A stretch of DNA of 63,519 nt, the filler included, from Olpidium bornovanus S191 (lineage: Eukaryota; Fungi; Olpidiomycota), in assembly GCA_017911155.1 (NCBI GenBank). It is 25 parts of 25 records of this genome, joined end to end, with 100 filler letters (N's around TTAATTAATTAA, not from the genome) between each part and the next. Parts side by side here need not be neighbours in the genome. Positions count along the whole stretch, not along the records: positions 25,830 to 28,989 come from JAEFCI010011061.1; positions 29,090 to 30,711 come from JAEFCI010003613.1; positions 30,812 to 32,268 come from JAEFCI010000254.1; positions 32,369 to 33,453 come from JAEFCI010009260.1; positions 33,554 to 35,526 come from JAEFCI010007456.1; positions 35,627 to 39,041 come from JAEFCI010001790.1; 19 more parts are not named here. One strand, given 5' to 3'. Positions 25,941-38,910 of the stretch are shown here, piece by piece (positions within the stretch are counted from its first letter, which is position 1; every line of letters starts with the position of its first letter). A model generated the notes under the pieces. That model did not search any database. It had not been told where the DNA came from and was given only the letters and a program-made list of their open reading frames with translations. The position numbers and the translations under genes were made by a program.

Positions 25941-26219
25941 AAAAAAGAAAAAAAAAAAAAAAAAAAAAAAACACAAAAAAGAAAAAAAAAACACAGAAAA
26001 AGAAAAAAGGAAAAGGATTAAAAAAAAAGAAGAAAAAAAAAGTCAAGAAATGTGTTCAGCTCACGAAAAAACTCTTTTTGAGTTTGGGAAACGGGAGAGA
26101 CGACGGGCGCGCCGGCCCCCGGCGGGGAAGATTTTTGCGCGCGAATTTCAAAAAAAAATTCCCCCCTCTCCCCCCCGTCCCACCGCCCCCATTTACCCCC
26201 TTCGCCCCCCGCCGCGTAC

Positions 26220-26580
26220 CGGCCGGCTCGTTCAGGTAGCTGAGGTTGGTCAGGTCGTCGATGCCCTCGAGCATTGGGGGGTTCCGCAGCGGCGGGAGAA
26301 GCCGGGCGCCCGCGCCGGCTTCGGCCGGCGGGGGGAGCGGGACCACCACGGCGTGGGGCTCGCCGCTCTCGTCGACGGCGAAGGTCAGCTTCGCGGTCTG
26401 CGCCTCCGGGTCGTCCTCCCGCGCGATCAGCACCCCGCTGACCCAGCCTTTTAGTTCGTCCGGAAACCAGCACCTGGTGCCCTGGCACGGTGGCGAAAGC
26501 GGCCCGGGCGGGGCGGGGAAGGAGGGGGGAAAGGAAGGGGAAAAGGGGAGGGCGAGTGAGGGGCGACAACCCGAGAAGTC

Positions 26581-26620
<40 letters not shown>

Positions 26621-26858
26621 CCCCCCCCCCCCCCTCCCCGAGGTGGAGATTCAACCCCGTGGTCTTTCCGTAACCGCCGAAAAGAAGGAAAAAATCGATT
26701 TTTTTTTTTTGGTCTTTTCGTTTTCGCGCCCTGCGGGAGCCCGGAAACGAGCTGGGAAAAATGGCCGGGGCGGAAAGGCACGGGCGGAATCACGCGGGCC
26801 GCACTTTCTGGTACGCCTCGAGGTCGCTGGCGACCCCCGCCGTTTCCATTGCGGCCAT
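26220..26858 (-). CDS. MYO2: Class V myosin, first two exons (rest beyond gap)
   Basis: Exon 26858-26805 MAAMETAGVASDLEAYQK; exon 26481-26220 GTRCWFPD...GW...LPPLRNPPMLEGIDDLTNLSYLNEPA. Confidence 0.92.
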
Positions 26859-29089
26859 GCGCGAAGACGGGCCTCGGCCCGGAGCCCGCGTTCCGGCCGG
26901 GTCGTGGTAGCGGATCGCGCGCGCTGGTGGGAGGGGGGGGGGGGGGGGATGGTTAGGGCTCGCGGACCGCCTTTCCCCCCGTTCCGCCGAGTGGACCGAG
27001 CCGGCCGCGGGCGGTGTGTGTGTGTGTGTGTGTGTGTGGGGGGTGGGGGGGGTGGGTCGGGAATGAGAGAAGTTTTTTTTTTCTGGTTTTTTTTGTTGTT
27101 GTTGTTGTTGTTGTTGTTGTTGGTAGTGGGGCTGTTGATGGGGGGCGTTGTTGCGGCGTTGCGAGGGAACGCGGGACGGGGGTGGGGGGGTGGGGGGGGC
27201 CGGGGGGGAGTGGGTGAGGCGGGGAGAGGGGGAAGAACGCAAACAATATATGTACATGTTATATATATATATATATATATATAACCCGTCCAAACGGGCC
27301 TCCGTTCCCTCCCCCCCCACTAAATACCACCCACCGCCCGCTTCTTTCTCCTCCGCGCGAGCGCGCGCGCGCACGGGGAAATAATAAAAAAAATTTCCCG
27401 AAACACGACGGCGCGCGCGCTTGGTGATGGCGGACGGGTGATCGCGTCCCTTTTGTATCTCTATCAAGCCTTTTTTTTCTCCCCCCTTCTATTTTTCTTT
27501 TCTCCTCCCTCCGCTTTTCCTCCTCCTCCTCCTCCTCCTCCCCCGCCGCACCCGCGCCCATTCCCCCCTCCTCTTCCCCCCGCTCCCCAGCAACCGGAAA
27601 TACCGCGCGACCCCCTCGAAAAAAAAAAAAAGAAAAAAAAGAAAACCGCCACCCGAGAACCACAGCCTGCGCTCCAAAGGGGATCTTGAGCGGTGCGGTT
27701 ACCGCTGCTCCCGAGTTCCGCTTCCCGCCCCGGCCGCCCGGGCGACGGCCCTCCCCGCCGGTGCCGCGCCCGCCGAGAGGGACTTGCGCTCGCAGGCAGC
27801 GGCCGTGAAGAAGGAACGCGCACGGACCCGCGCCGTCGGAAGGAAAACGCGCACGGACCGACTGTCGGGACGACACCACCCCCACCCGCCCCCGCCATCT
27901 TTTCGCTCTCTAAAGAAAAGGTTTCCGCCGCACAAGCCTGCGCCCGCGCTTAAATGCGCTTCGCTTGGGGGAAGCGGGGGAGGGGGGGGGGGAAGGGGTC
28001 GCTGGTGTGTGCGCACCCTGCGCTGCGCTCGAACCGGGGACGAGGAAGTGGGGGGGGGGAAGGGGGTGGGGCGGGGGGGGTTGCGCCGGCGGCGGCCGGA
28101 CGAAGACGGTCTCCGGAAGCGCCGCGGTTTCCTCGGAACTCGCACCGCCGCCGGGCGGGCGTCGTTTTTGTTGGCTCACTGTGGCGGGGGGGAGGGAGGA
28201 ACAAGGCGGAGGGCCGCCTGCGACCCCAACTACGTCTTGGGGAGCCGGCGCACCCAAGCCTCTAGAAAGCAAAGTTTTCCGACTTCGTCAAGAATTCGAG
28301 GGAAAAAACCCCCGAAAAAAAGCGAAGATAAAAAAAGCCCCACACGCGCCTGCCCGCAGTCTGCGTGCCGGATATGTCGCGTCGTCGTCAGTACGGATGT
28401 TCGTCGTCGTCAGGCGAAACGCGTCCAGTAAACCAGGCGTACGGGCGCCTAGCGCGGCGTGCCAACTACTCGGGTGATTGCGTGGCCAACTACTGCGTAG
28501 TTGCCCGTGCTCGCATCTACCGCCCCCTCCCCCGCCCCACGTCTCCCCAGCCGCAGGAAGACCTACCGCGCGCTAAATAAACCAAACCAAACGAACCGAA
28601 CTACAGCCGAGACCCCGCGGCGCGGGCCTCTTGATCCTCCCAGGGTCCCGCCACCACATCGTTTCGCCGAATCTCAATGTGAGCAGTCGGCGACGCATTT
28701 CGCATTTGCGCACCGAGGAGTGCTGGTGCCGGGGCAGGAATGCAGACGTACGTCTGGTGGAAAGTCCTGCCGTCCGCCTGTGTCAGGGTGGTCGCCACCG
28801 TCGTCGCCGTCGACGCCGTAGTCGCTGCCGCCGTCTGCGCTGCCGGCCGCCTCAGGCTCCCCGAACATCATGACCCTCGTGCCTCTGTAGACGTGCAAAA
28901 GCACGCCGAGGTGCGGAAGCAGGTGCTGTAGGAGACGGGGGTGTTTTAAAAGCGCGGTGGACGATAATGAGCCGCTGCACGACTGGCGGNNNNNNNNNNN
29001 NNNNNNNNNNNNNNNNNNNNNNNNNNNNNNNNNTTAATTAATTAANNNNNNNNNNNNNNNNNNNNNNNNNNNNNNNNNNNNNNNNNNNN

Positions 29090-29131
<42 letters not shown>

Positions 29132-29752
29132 CCCCCCTCCCCCGCTCTTTTTTTTCCCTTGTAATTCCCCTTGCCGGTTTTCGGCGGTCGGGAGCGGCGG
29201 CTTCCGTCCCTCCGTCCGCTCCTCCCGCCTCCACCCGCCCGCCGACGCCCACTTCCCCCCCCTTCCCCCTCCTCCCCCTCCCAGGCGCGCGCGCGTGCGC
29301 GTCGCGGGGGATGCGGGCGCGTCTCTCTGTCTGTTTCTCTCTCTGCTGACCGACTCTCTTTCTCTGTCTCACTCTCTCTCTCTTTCTCTCTCTCTCTGCT
29401 CTCCCTCTCTCTCTCTCTGTTCTCTCTCTCCCTCTCTCCCTCTTTCTCCTTCCAAGCCGACGATGGCGCGCGAGTTCGACGGGGCGCAAGCTCTAGTGAT
29501 CGCGGGGGATTGCGGGGAAGCGAGGGATTGCGGGGAGAAGAGAGGGATTGCGGGGGAAAAAAGCGGAGATGCACATGCGAAAATTCAATTGGCGGCGTGT
29601 TTCTTTCGTGCCTTAAATGCGCTGTGATTGAAACCAGACACGGCGAGAGCGCGGGCCGCCCCCCCCCCATCCTCCCCCCGTGCTTCCCCCGGAGTCCGCA
29701 ACCCCAAAAAACCTCGTTCACCCTCACGCCGCACCCACGCGCGCTCGCACGC

Positions 29753-29804
<52 letters not shown>

Positions 29805-29878
29805 CCCCCCCCCCCCCCCCCCCCCCCCGCACCCACGCCCCCTCCCGCTTCCCCCGCGCTCGCGCGCGCACCGGCTCC

Positions 29879-29959
29879 ATGGGGGAGGCGCAGAAGGTGC
29901 GGAGCGACCCTGTCCGCCTTGTTGTCCAGCAGACTGTGTTGCGTGGGCCGCTTTTTTTT

Positions 29960-29991
<32 letters not shown>

Positions 29992-30539
29992 CCCCCTTCT
30001 TCCCGGGCGCCAAAACGGCCCTCAAACGGTCAGAGAAAAAAAAAAGAAAAAAATATTCACTTCCACCGGGACCGTCTGGGCCTGTTCCCCGGCGCTCGCC
30101 GGCCCCCGCTTCTCCGGAATTTACCGAGCTCGCGGACGTGCCCGCCTGAAACGTTTTCGTCGATCGCCGCCGTCCTTTTTTGCCCCCTCGCGGCCCGTAA
30201 CCTTCGCGAGCAGAATGCAACCACGAGGCTGTCCTCCTTCCTCTACGACTGCCTCACAGTCGGCTCACTGAAGGTGTTCCCGGGACTGGGAAGGAAGACG
30301 TGGGAAGCGGAATGGGGGCTCGCTACCCTTGCCTTGATCCGCTTCGCCCGGAAAACGTTTTGCCTTGCTCATTCAGGACGCTTTCGGCCGACCGCCAGGG
30401 CTTCAAAAATTTCGAGGTCTACCTTCGCGGCCGGGAAGAGCTGATCCTGCGGATATACAATGAGCCGGCCACCGGAAAGGCGTCCACGCCGCACGGCCGC
30501 CAGCAACCGAACGCCATGGTTCTGGCCAAATCTCAGTAA
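29879..30539 (+). CDS. Hypothetical spliced protein, not recognised
   Basis: MGEAQK|gtgcgg intron; cag|NATTRLSSFLYDCLT; ADRQGFKNFEVYLRGREELILRIYNEP; coding-like composition between homopolymer introns. Confidence 0.4.
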
Positions 30540-30811
30540 GAAGCTTTGCCGTCCCCCCCCCCCCCCACGTCCGGGACGTCCGGCGCCGTTTCCCGGCGTT
30601 GCAAAATAAACGCGCTGATTGGGATTGGTCGCCGCGTTAACTCTCTCACTCTTTTTTTTTTTTTTTTTTTTTTTTTTTCCCCCCCCCCCCCCCCCCCCCT
30701 CTTTTAAAAAANNNNNNNNNNNNNNNNNNNNNNNNNNNNNNNNNNNNNNNNNNNNTTAATTAATTAANNNNNNNNNNNNNNNNNNNNNNNNNNNNNNNNN
30801 NNNNNNNNNNN

Positions 30812-31981
30812 GCAGATTTCCAACAAAAAAGCGTACCGCCTTCGTGATCGTCGTCTCCTTCTCCAAAGGTGATGCCCGACGCGCCAAATTCGTCATCTTC
30901 GTCTTTAAGTGCCTCCTCAAACTCTGCCATGGTCGACTTCTTTTTCCCGGACCTGGAAAAAAAGGGAGCGCCGCGCCCCCGTCAGAAGCCGGGAGGGGCC
31001 AACAAACGGGACACGAGCGTGGGGAATCTGTCGGGGCGTGCGACAACAAAGCACGTACTTCTTCTTCTTCAGCCCCTCGAACTCGCCCTCTGCAGCCTCG
31101 GCCGGGGACGCCGTGCCGTCGTCGACGCCTTCGATGGTGACCTTCTTCTTTTTCTTCTTTTCTGTCGGGAAGGGACAAAACCGCGATTGTGACGCTGAGC
31201 GCGCGCTCGCGCTGCTTTGCGCTTGTCGAACGAGCTCGAGCAAACGCGACCGTGTCGGGAGAAAGGGGCGAAGGCGGAGGAAGGGGGCGGGTGTGGGGGG
31301 GTGGGAGAACGAGAACTTACTCAGCTCCCCGAACATTGCATCCAAGTCCTCCGTTTGTTCACCCTCCGTGGGGCCGGCGGCGCCGCCGGAGCCGCCATCC
31401 TTCGTCGTCCCCGGGGCCGCTGCTTCCGCGGGCGCGGGAACGGCTGCGGCCGGCCGGTCATCAAGCCCGGCGGGCAGGGGCTTGGACTTCTTCTTCTTTT
31501 CTGCAGTTAAACACAGTGGAGGGCGCGGGGGCGGATGTATTCCTCGTCACGCGGCCGCCGTAGTCGGCGTGGCTCTCGAAAGACAAAAACCAAAAAAAGA
31601 AGAAAAAAAAAATACCCGCCCCCAAGCTACGTGGGAGGGAGCCCCGCCGTCTTTTCCGGTTCGAAACGTGGGTGGGGGGGGGGGGAAGAAGCGCGCCTGG
31701 CGCGCGCAGCGGGCGAGGAAGACCGCAGGTCCGCGGCCGGGGATGGGGACAGACGCACTCTTCAGCTTGGAGAAGTCAACATCCTCGGTGTCTTCCTGGT
31801 TCTCCAGGTCGACGGCCTGCGAAAGTTCCGAAAACGCAGGAACGGACACAACAAAAAAACAAGTCAGGGGCGACGGAGTCGCGGACTTCCGTGAGGGGAG
31901 TTAAGCATGGGGGGGTTTATTTCTCAACGGCGACAATTCCACGATTTCCTTCACCTTCACGTCGTCGTCCGCCTTCGACAT
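30812..31981 (-). CDS. SUI3: Translation initiation factor eIF2 beta, N-terminal part (spliced)
   Basis: Three lysine runs preceded by acidic segments (DVDFSKLKK, DAMFGEL.KKKKKK, EFEGLKKKK, KKSTMAEFEEAL). Confidence 0.7.
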
Positions 31982-32368
31982 GTTCGAAAACGGCGCTCCG
32001 CCCTTTTTTTTTCGTTTTTGGCAAACCTGTTTTTTTTTTTTTTTTTTTTTTTTTGTTTGAGGGGGAAACAGTGGGGGTGAAATAACGCTCACAAAAAAAA
32101 AATCCCGCCGCAAGCAACACAGGCCAGGCGGAGCGCGGTAGGCGGCCCATGGAGACACGGTAAAAAATGACTCGGGTTCGTGGGCTCTGCGGCACTTGGG
32201 CGCAGGATGGGGCTGGGACGGAGGGCGAAGGCCCTCTTTAGTAATCCAGGCCCTCGGACCGACACCCANNNNNNNNNNNNNNNNNNNNNNNNNNNNNNNN
32301 NNNNNNNNNNNNTTAATTAATTAANNNNNNNNNNNNNNNNNNNNNNNNNNNNNNNNNNNNNNNNNNNN

Positions 32369-32404
<36 letters not shown>

Positions 32405-33074
32405 CCCCCCCCCCCCCCCCCCCCCCAAAGCGCACTCGCAAATCCGGCGCGTTTCCCGGCCGAATCGACTCGCCGCAGTCGCGGCCCGCCCCCAGGATTC
32501 GGATTTTGCCAGTTCAAACGCAATCACCCACTTACCCTCAGTGGCATGCGGTTGCGCTTCGCGTTGGTTATTTACGGAATCGCCTGGCCACCGTTACGGC
32601 CGACGCGCCCCCTTCGGCAGGGCGTTTTGGATCCGCCCGACACGTGAGCAGTTTTCATAGTCTTAACAAGGGCGTGGAGGGGGTCTATTTGTCCCGAATT
32701 AAAACTTTCCCTTCTATAAAGTCTTTGGCTTCGGACCCTGGCCCCCGGCACGCAGCACGTTTGTTTTTCCCCCCCCCTTCGCAACGTTGCGCTCTTGGGA
32801 GAGTACGGGTCACGTGACCACACGCTTAAGAACGTCCGCGTGCCCGTAACACCCCCCCCTCCTCCCCCCGCGGTCGGGAGGGCGACACGTGATTCTGTGA
32901 CGTTCTGCAGGGGAGAACAGGGGAAGAAGGGAGAGGGGACGGACGTGCAATCACGCGGCCCGAGTGACCCCTACGACATGCGGCATGCCCTGCAGCAGCC
33001 CAGATAGACTGCCATTCTACTGTCGTGAAAAGGTGTGTGCAATTTACCGGAATTAAATTAAGAATGATTTTTCA

Positions 33075-33243
33075 TCATTGCTGCTTCTCTTTCGTCATGT
33101 GTTCCCGCCGGTACCAGGCGTAGCTGCCGGCGAGCATCAGCATGAATCCGGCGGTCAGGCCGAGCACGATGGCTGCTTGCACCCCGGCGCTCAGCGGTGC
33201 GCCGTAAACGTGGACGGCGAATTCGGCGGTCAGGTCGCAGAAG
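33075..33243 (-). CDS. Terminal exon of a type I membrane protein resembling CatSper delta/epsilon C-termini
   Basis: cag|(S)FCDLTAEFAVHVYGAPL followed by a TM helix and a short basic tail ending TGA; branch-like sequence and AG acceptor upstream. Confidence 0.45.
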
Positions 33244-33341
33244 CTGGGGTGGGTGATCCGCACAGAACCGCAAAACACGCGTAGTCGGGTTTTTAGTAAC
33301 ATCGGGCCCGCGCCGCCGCTTCGCCGGCAAAACAAAGGGGT

Positions 33342-33375
<34 letters not shown>

Positions 33376-33553
33376 AACCGTACGGCCGGTCGTCGTTCTC
33401 CGTTTCCCCAGATAGCGTGGCGGGTCGAGCCAATGACCGCGGGCTCGGGAGGGNNNNNNNNNNNNNNNNNNNNNNNNNNNNNNNNNNNNNNNNNNNNTTA
33501 ATTAATTAANNNNNNNNNNNNNNNNNNNNNNNNNNNNNNNNNNNNNNNNNNNN

Positions 33554-33754
33554 ATGGCGTAACGGCGCAGGCATTAGGCCACGCCTATATAAAGCGCCAC
33601 GCCCGACATACCCTAGAGGTAGATTGTGCACAAAAAGTCCCATCACAAAAGTCCCAGCACAACATCCAGATCCAGATCCAGATTCTAGAGCTAGACTCGT
33701 GTATACATTATCTCCAGATAGAGCATTGCGCAGATAAATAATACACTTGTTACA
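33554..33754 (+). mobile_element. LTR end, same family as 1452-1657
   Basis: ggcattaggcc.cgcctatataaagcgc ... catccagat...ctcgtgtat...tatctccagatag...gcgcagat...taatacacttgttaca shared with contig 1. Confidence 0.75.
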
Positions 33755-34590
33755 GTAGCCGTCAAGCAGGGTGCGCGCCGTGTGCGCCCGGAGAAGCAGG
33801 CTACCGTGAAGGTGGGCAGCCTGACGGTCGAAGACGCGCTGCATCTCCTCAAAACCGGACTGGTCGACGCCTTGGGCCCCGGAAAGGAGGGTGGTGACCT
33901 TAGCATGGTAGTCCATGAGTTGCTCGTAGGCACGCACAGTGTGTTGAGCGCCGGCGACGGAGTCGGACAGGCACTCTGCCGTAATCTTCTTGTAGTTGTA
34001 CAGGCCGCCCTTCTCGTCTCAAAGGTTGGCTGGCAGTTCCCTGTAGAGCTCGTCCAGGAGACGCAAGTCGAGCTTACGCGGGAGATGGCGGTACTTCGGG
34101 GCCTGTTTCTTCAGCATCTTCAGTGCAGAGCCCTCGAGAACGATGTTGAGAAAGCCTTTGGGGAGAAGCTCCGAAACACGGGCAGGAAGTGAATGAGTGC
34201 CTTCCACATCGCCGTTGTCTTCGTACTCGCTCTCAACGTCGACAAACTTGCTGCATGCCCGCATGGTCGCGAAGGTCGCGCGGATCCTCCGCTTTGTCGG
34301 TGTCCGTGTTCTCAGCTTCCGACTCGGCCTCAGTCTCCTCCACGTGCGGGCGCTTGGTGGCCTTAGCCACGGCGTCGGCGACCATGGCAGCCACGTCCTC
34401 GCGGGTGAGAATGCTGCCGGCAGAGCGCATCTCAGGAAGTTCTCTTCCCTGCTCCAGTGCGGCCTTCCGAGCCTCTAGCTGGTCGATGCGCGTCTGCGCT
34501 TCGAGGTCGGCGACTTTGCGCTCGAGACGGGCCGCCTTCTTGGCCAAGGTCTCTGCCTCAGCACGGTCGCCTCCTGGGTCAGTCATCATC
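33755..34590 (-). pseudogene. Degenerate intronless ORF (coiled-coil N-terminus, possibly gag-like) cut by the LTR
   Basis: Protein-like segments in three successive frames with a TGA at 34019-34021; the last segment (RTLLDGY) abuts the LTR end. Confidence 0.45.
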
Positions 34591-34782
34591 ATTGACTGCT
34601 GACCGTGCGCGTCGTCTGACGCAGAAGGGTTTGTTGAGGGTGAAATCGCCTGGTGAGGGTTGGTCCGATGCCGATGCTGAAAGCAGGGCATCGGCCGTCG
34701 GCGTCGTCGTCACGTCGCCGTCGGCGTCGCAGCGTTGTTTTGAGTAAGTGCGTCGGCCGTCGGCGTCGGCGTCGGCGTCGGC

Positions 34783-34819
<37 letters not shown>

Positions 34820-35459
34820 GTGTCGGCGTCGGCGTCGCGGTGTTGCGCCGTCAGCGTCACGGCGTTGTTTTGGGTGAGTGCGTGGTATGAGTGCTCTCTT
34901 GAAAAATACCAGCCTACTGCGTGAGTACGGGTACTCATAGCTAGCGAGGACTGCCTCGTTTACCGTAGTATCTTGTTGTGAAACACGATGATTTCCACGA
35001 GGACCCCCTCCGCCATGGCGCACCGCCGTGGTGCCACGGAAGGAGCCATGGAGGGGGCCATGGAGGGATCTCTCATACTTTATAGTCCCCGTTCGGGGTG
35101 AAATGTATAAGGTATCAGAGGTTATAAAGTAGTGGATTATAGGGCTCGGCCATAGAAGGATGTCGGTGGAAGCCGAAACGTATAAAGTAGCAGAGGTTAT
35201 TAAGTATTGGGATATAAGGTATAAGGATGGTCAAATGTATAATAATAAGGTATGAGGATGGTCAAATATCGACTGTATGAGATGAAGCTTTTTACGTTTC
35301 CCGTCCGGTTTACTCACAGAGCGCAATAAGAAGCACCAAACACAACAGCGGACAGGGCTCCCGTTTTCCAACACTTTTCGATTATTTTTTTTTTTATTTC
35401 TTTTGTTTCCCTTATTCGTTCCCCGTTTTTCGATTCGGAGGGTGTGGGGGGGGGGGAGG

Positions 35460-35525
<66 letters not shown>

Positions 35526-35804
35526 GNNNNNNNNNNNNNNNNNNNNNNNNNNNNNNNNNNNNNNNNNNNNTTAATTAATTAANNNNNNNNNNNNNNNNNN
35601 NNNNNNNNNNNNNNNNNNNNNNNNNNCGCGCGGGGCCCCCCCCCCCCCCCGCCCCCCCGCCCACCCCCCCCCCCCCCCCCCCCCCCGACCGCCCCCCCAC
35701 CCCCCCCCCCCCCCCCCCGCACCGCCCCCCCCCCCCCCCCCGCCGCGCTCTGCTACGATGCGCATTGCTGTCGACTGACGGAGTCCACTTGGATTACGTC
35801 GCAG

Positions 35805-35867
35805 GTCACCGAGACCGGCGTGGAGGTGCTGACCGCAGCTCTCGGCAAGGGCGGAATTGAGGCTTAA
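35805..35867 (+). CDS. MAP1: Probable last exon of methionine aminopeptidase 1
   Basis: cag|VTETGVEVLTAALGKGGIEA*, matching the MetAP C-terminal (LL)VTETGVE.LT motif; only 20 aa visible. Confidence 0.5.
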   Translation, partial: VTETGVEVLTAALGKGGIEA

Positions 35868-37179
35868 GGATCTCAACGCGTCCGTCCTGTGTTTTTGAAC
35901 CTAACAAGAAATCTGCGTTTGAAAATAGTCCTCACCACCTCCCCCTTCCCCGTTTCCGTCTCGAAAAACTCGCCCGGGCCTCGGGCCCGCCTTTTCCATT
36001 CAGAGAAAGAGCAGCAGGCCAGCGACGGTGTTGTTGCACCTGACGAACTTCTTTGTACATACGCGCTTGGTCCATCCGCAAAACATGCCGCTTGCAATTT
36101 TTCCGTTGCGCGGCCTTCTATTTCTTGCCTCTTCCGTTATTGGGGTTTGTCCCGACCGGTTTTAAGTTTTCTTTTTCTTTTTTTTTTTTTTTTTCCTTTT
36201 GTTTCCAACGGGGAAATCCGGAAACGAAACCTCTGGTTAACGCCAAAATTCCCATTTGGGGGGAGAAAAGTCGATTTGAATCGCACCCTACTCCCCCACC
36301 CGCGCCCCGTCCCCGCGCCTCCCACCCGGGCCCGCGCTCACAGCCTTTCCCGGTTTTAGGATTCTTTCCCGCGCCCCCCCTTTTTTTTTTCCTCTTGCGA
36401 GGGGAGGTCACGCACCTAGGTCCAGTTTTGGTTTACGTGGGGGCCCGGGAAGTGCACGTGGTAGCAGGTAAACACCCCACGACGTCCTTTTCAATTTTTT
36501 CGCTTTTTTTTGGTTAATTTTTTTGTTTTGCGAGCCCTACCACGTAACGCGCGGTTATGCCGCTGCTTTCGCAAGTTACAAGAGACTTGGGGCGACAAAT
36601 GCCCCCCAAAAAAAAAGTTTTTTTTTTTTTTTTTTTTTTTTGCGGAAACAAAAGCTCCCGTGAGTTTTCCAGCGCCGTCGTTAGCGGGTGGGGCGGGGCT
36701 CAGTTTCGTTAACCGCGTCCCAATCCGACCTCTTTTTTTTTTTTTGGTCCGGGCCTGTGTAAGCTCAACCGTATTTGCGGCGAAACGTCAGAACCCCCCC
36801 CCCCCCCATTCCCCCCCCCCCAAAAAAAAAAAAAGATAAAAAAAGCGACGCGCAGCTACAGTACAACGCGATTGCGTTATCTATGCCGGCTCTTCGAGGG
36901 AAAAAAAAAAGGCCGTCAAGGTCTGTTTAAAATCGCTTGCGTCAAAAGTGCAAGCATATATCCATAGACATTTAGACTCGTTATCAGAAATGCCGGGGGG
37001 GGGGGGGGGGGGGAAAGGGGGAATCCCCACCGGCGGCGCACCTCACGTGGGTGCCGGCCGTATTTTCAAACTGGTGGTCCCCTCCCCCCCCTTCCCCCCG
37101 GCCTCAGGTGTCTTGCCTGTCTCCACTGGCTCGGTGGTGGGGTCCGACTTTTGGAAGAAGTCTCGCCTTCCCCGTGTTC

Positions 37180-38910
37180 CTACCCCGCGGCGTTTCGCGC
37201 AGTCTCGGCTTTAAGCTTGGCCGCCGTCCGGTCCGCCATCCGGTCCGCCTTCCGGTGCGCCTCTTTGGCCTGCCGCATTATCTCCGCCTTCACCTCCTCC
37301 AAGTGCCTCTCGAGCTTTTGACGTGCCTTCTCGTCTCCCGACATCCCCCGTGCGGACTGTGCGTTTTTGGGGCTCTCGCCGGCCTTCCCCCGCGGCTGCC
37401 CCTGCTGCTCCGACGACGACGACTCCGCCCGCGTAGACTGCCGGGACGGGTCTCTCCTGAAAGTCGACCGGAACGCGCCGCCGTTCGCTTCAAACGAACT
37501 TTGTTCCGATTTGGAGGCGGCGGAGCGTGACGGAGACGACGACGACGACGACGACGAAGTTTGCTTCGCGCTGCCAGGGTTCCCTGTGGTGCTGCCAGGG
37601 TCCCGCTCCTCGGCGGCCAAAAGCTCGAACAGTTCTCGTTGCCTAGGTGTGAGGTTCCTGCGCCCACCACCGAGATAATTCAAAGGCCGTTGGTAAGTAG
37701 CACGTGTTATATGGCTGCGCCTGCTGAAACACCGCCCTTGGAACGTAATCAGACCGTGGACAGCGCCACGCGAGATCAGGAGCCAAAGGAAAGAAAACAA
37801 AAGAAAACATAAAGTAGAAACATAAAACATGGAAAAGGAAAACAGCATAAATAAAATAATTTTCAGGTACTCACGCCGGTAGGGTGACGTTAATAGTCAC
37901 ATACTGCTGGCCCCTGGCATATCCGCGAGCGCTGCGGGACTTCTTGATGCCCCTGTCACGGAGCACTGCGATCTGGCCGGACTGTGCTCCCGGCCGCACT
38001 TTCATATCCACATCCCCATCTAGGGTCGGCACGCGGACATAGCCGCCTAGGACGGCAGTGGGGAGCGGTACCTCCGTCGAGACGTGGATGTCATACCCCT
38101 TGCGGCGAAAAACATCCGACGACCGCACTGTGATCATCACACGAAGGTCACCCGGCTGGCCATTGTGGCCGGGAGCCCGGTTACCCTCCCCTGGAATCCT
38201 GATTTCTGTCTCGTCGGTCGTCCCTATTCAACGTGATACGGTTCGACAGGACGGTCTTCAACAACTGCGCGGCAGATATTTTCCTATAATCGACAAAGAT
38301 AACAAGAGAAGACTAGAGGCGGCAGAGGAAAAAGGAAGAAAAAAAAAAGGCCGGACGCAGGGCGTTGGCCCTCAGACGAACCTGGTGGGATCTTGATTTC
38401 CGTGGCGGTCACCCCGTCTATCTCTCCGCTCCCGTTGCAGACGGCGCACCGGTCCTCTCGAGAAATACGTTGCCCGGAGCCATTGCACTTGGTACACGGC
38501 GTGTTCATAAGCATGGAGCCGTAGGTCCTGCTAATCGTGCCCGTTCCGTCGCACCTTACGCACTCCTTGCGTTTCGCACCGAATCGGGCGCCTTCGCCCT
38601 TGCACGCCGCGCACATCGACGTCCGGGGTACATCGACAGTAACGGTCTTCCCGTGTATTGCGTCCAGGAATTCCACCTGCACTGAAATGCGCACATCCGT
38701 CCCTTTACCGCCTCTGCGCCGCCAAGCCCCATTACCCCTACGCCGGCCTTCGAAAATGTTGTACATCTCTTCCTCGTCCATGTAGGCATCGAAGTCCCCG
38801 TAGCCACTGTAGCGGCTGAAGCCTCCGCCGAAGGCGTCACCGGCATAGCCAAAACCACTCGGTGCTGCGTTTGGCCCACCTTGTCAGCATTATACCGCTG
38901 AATCCAATTG
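37180..38910 (-). CDS. MDJ1: Type I DnaJ/Hsp40 (Mdj1-like); J domain lost in the gap
   Basis: G/F-rich region, four CxxCxGxG repeats, FRRKGYDIH, AVLGGYVRVPTLDG, NLTPRQRELFE. Confidence 0.88.

Noticed and set aside
28370-28935. Minus-strand exon-like segment (QHLLPHLGVLLHVYRG..)
   Set aside because: May be a gene 3' end, but no family or reliable splice model could be derived.
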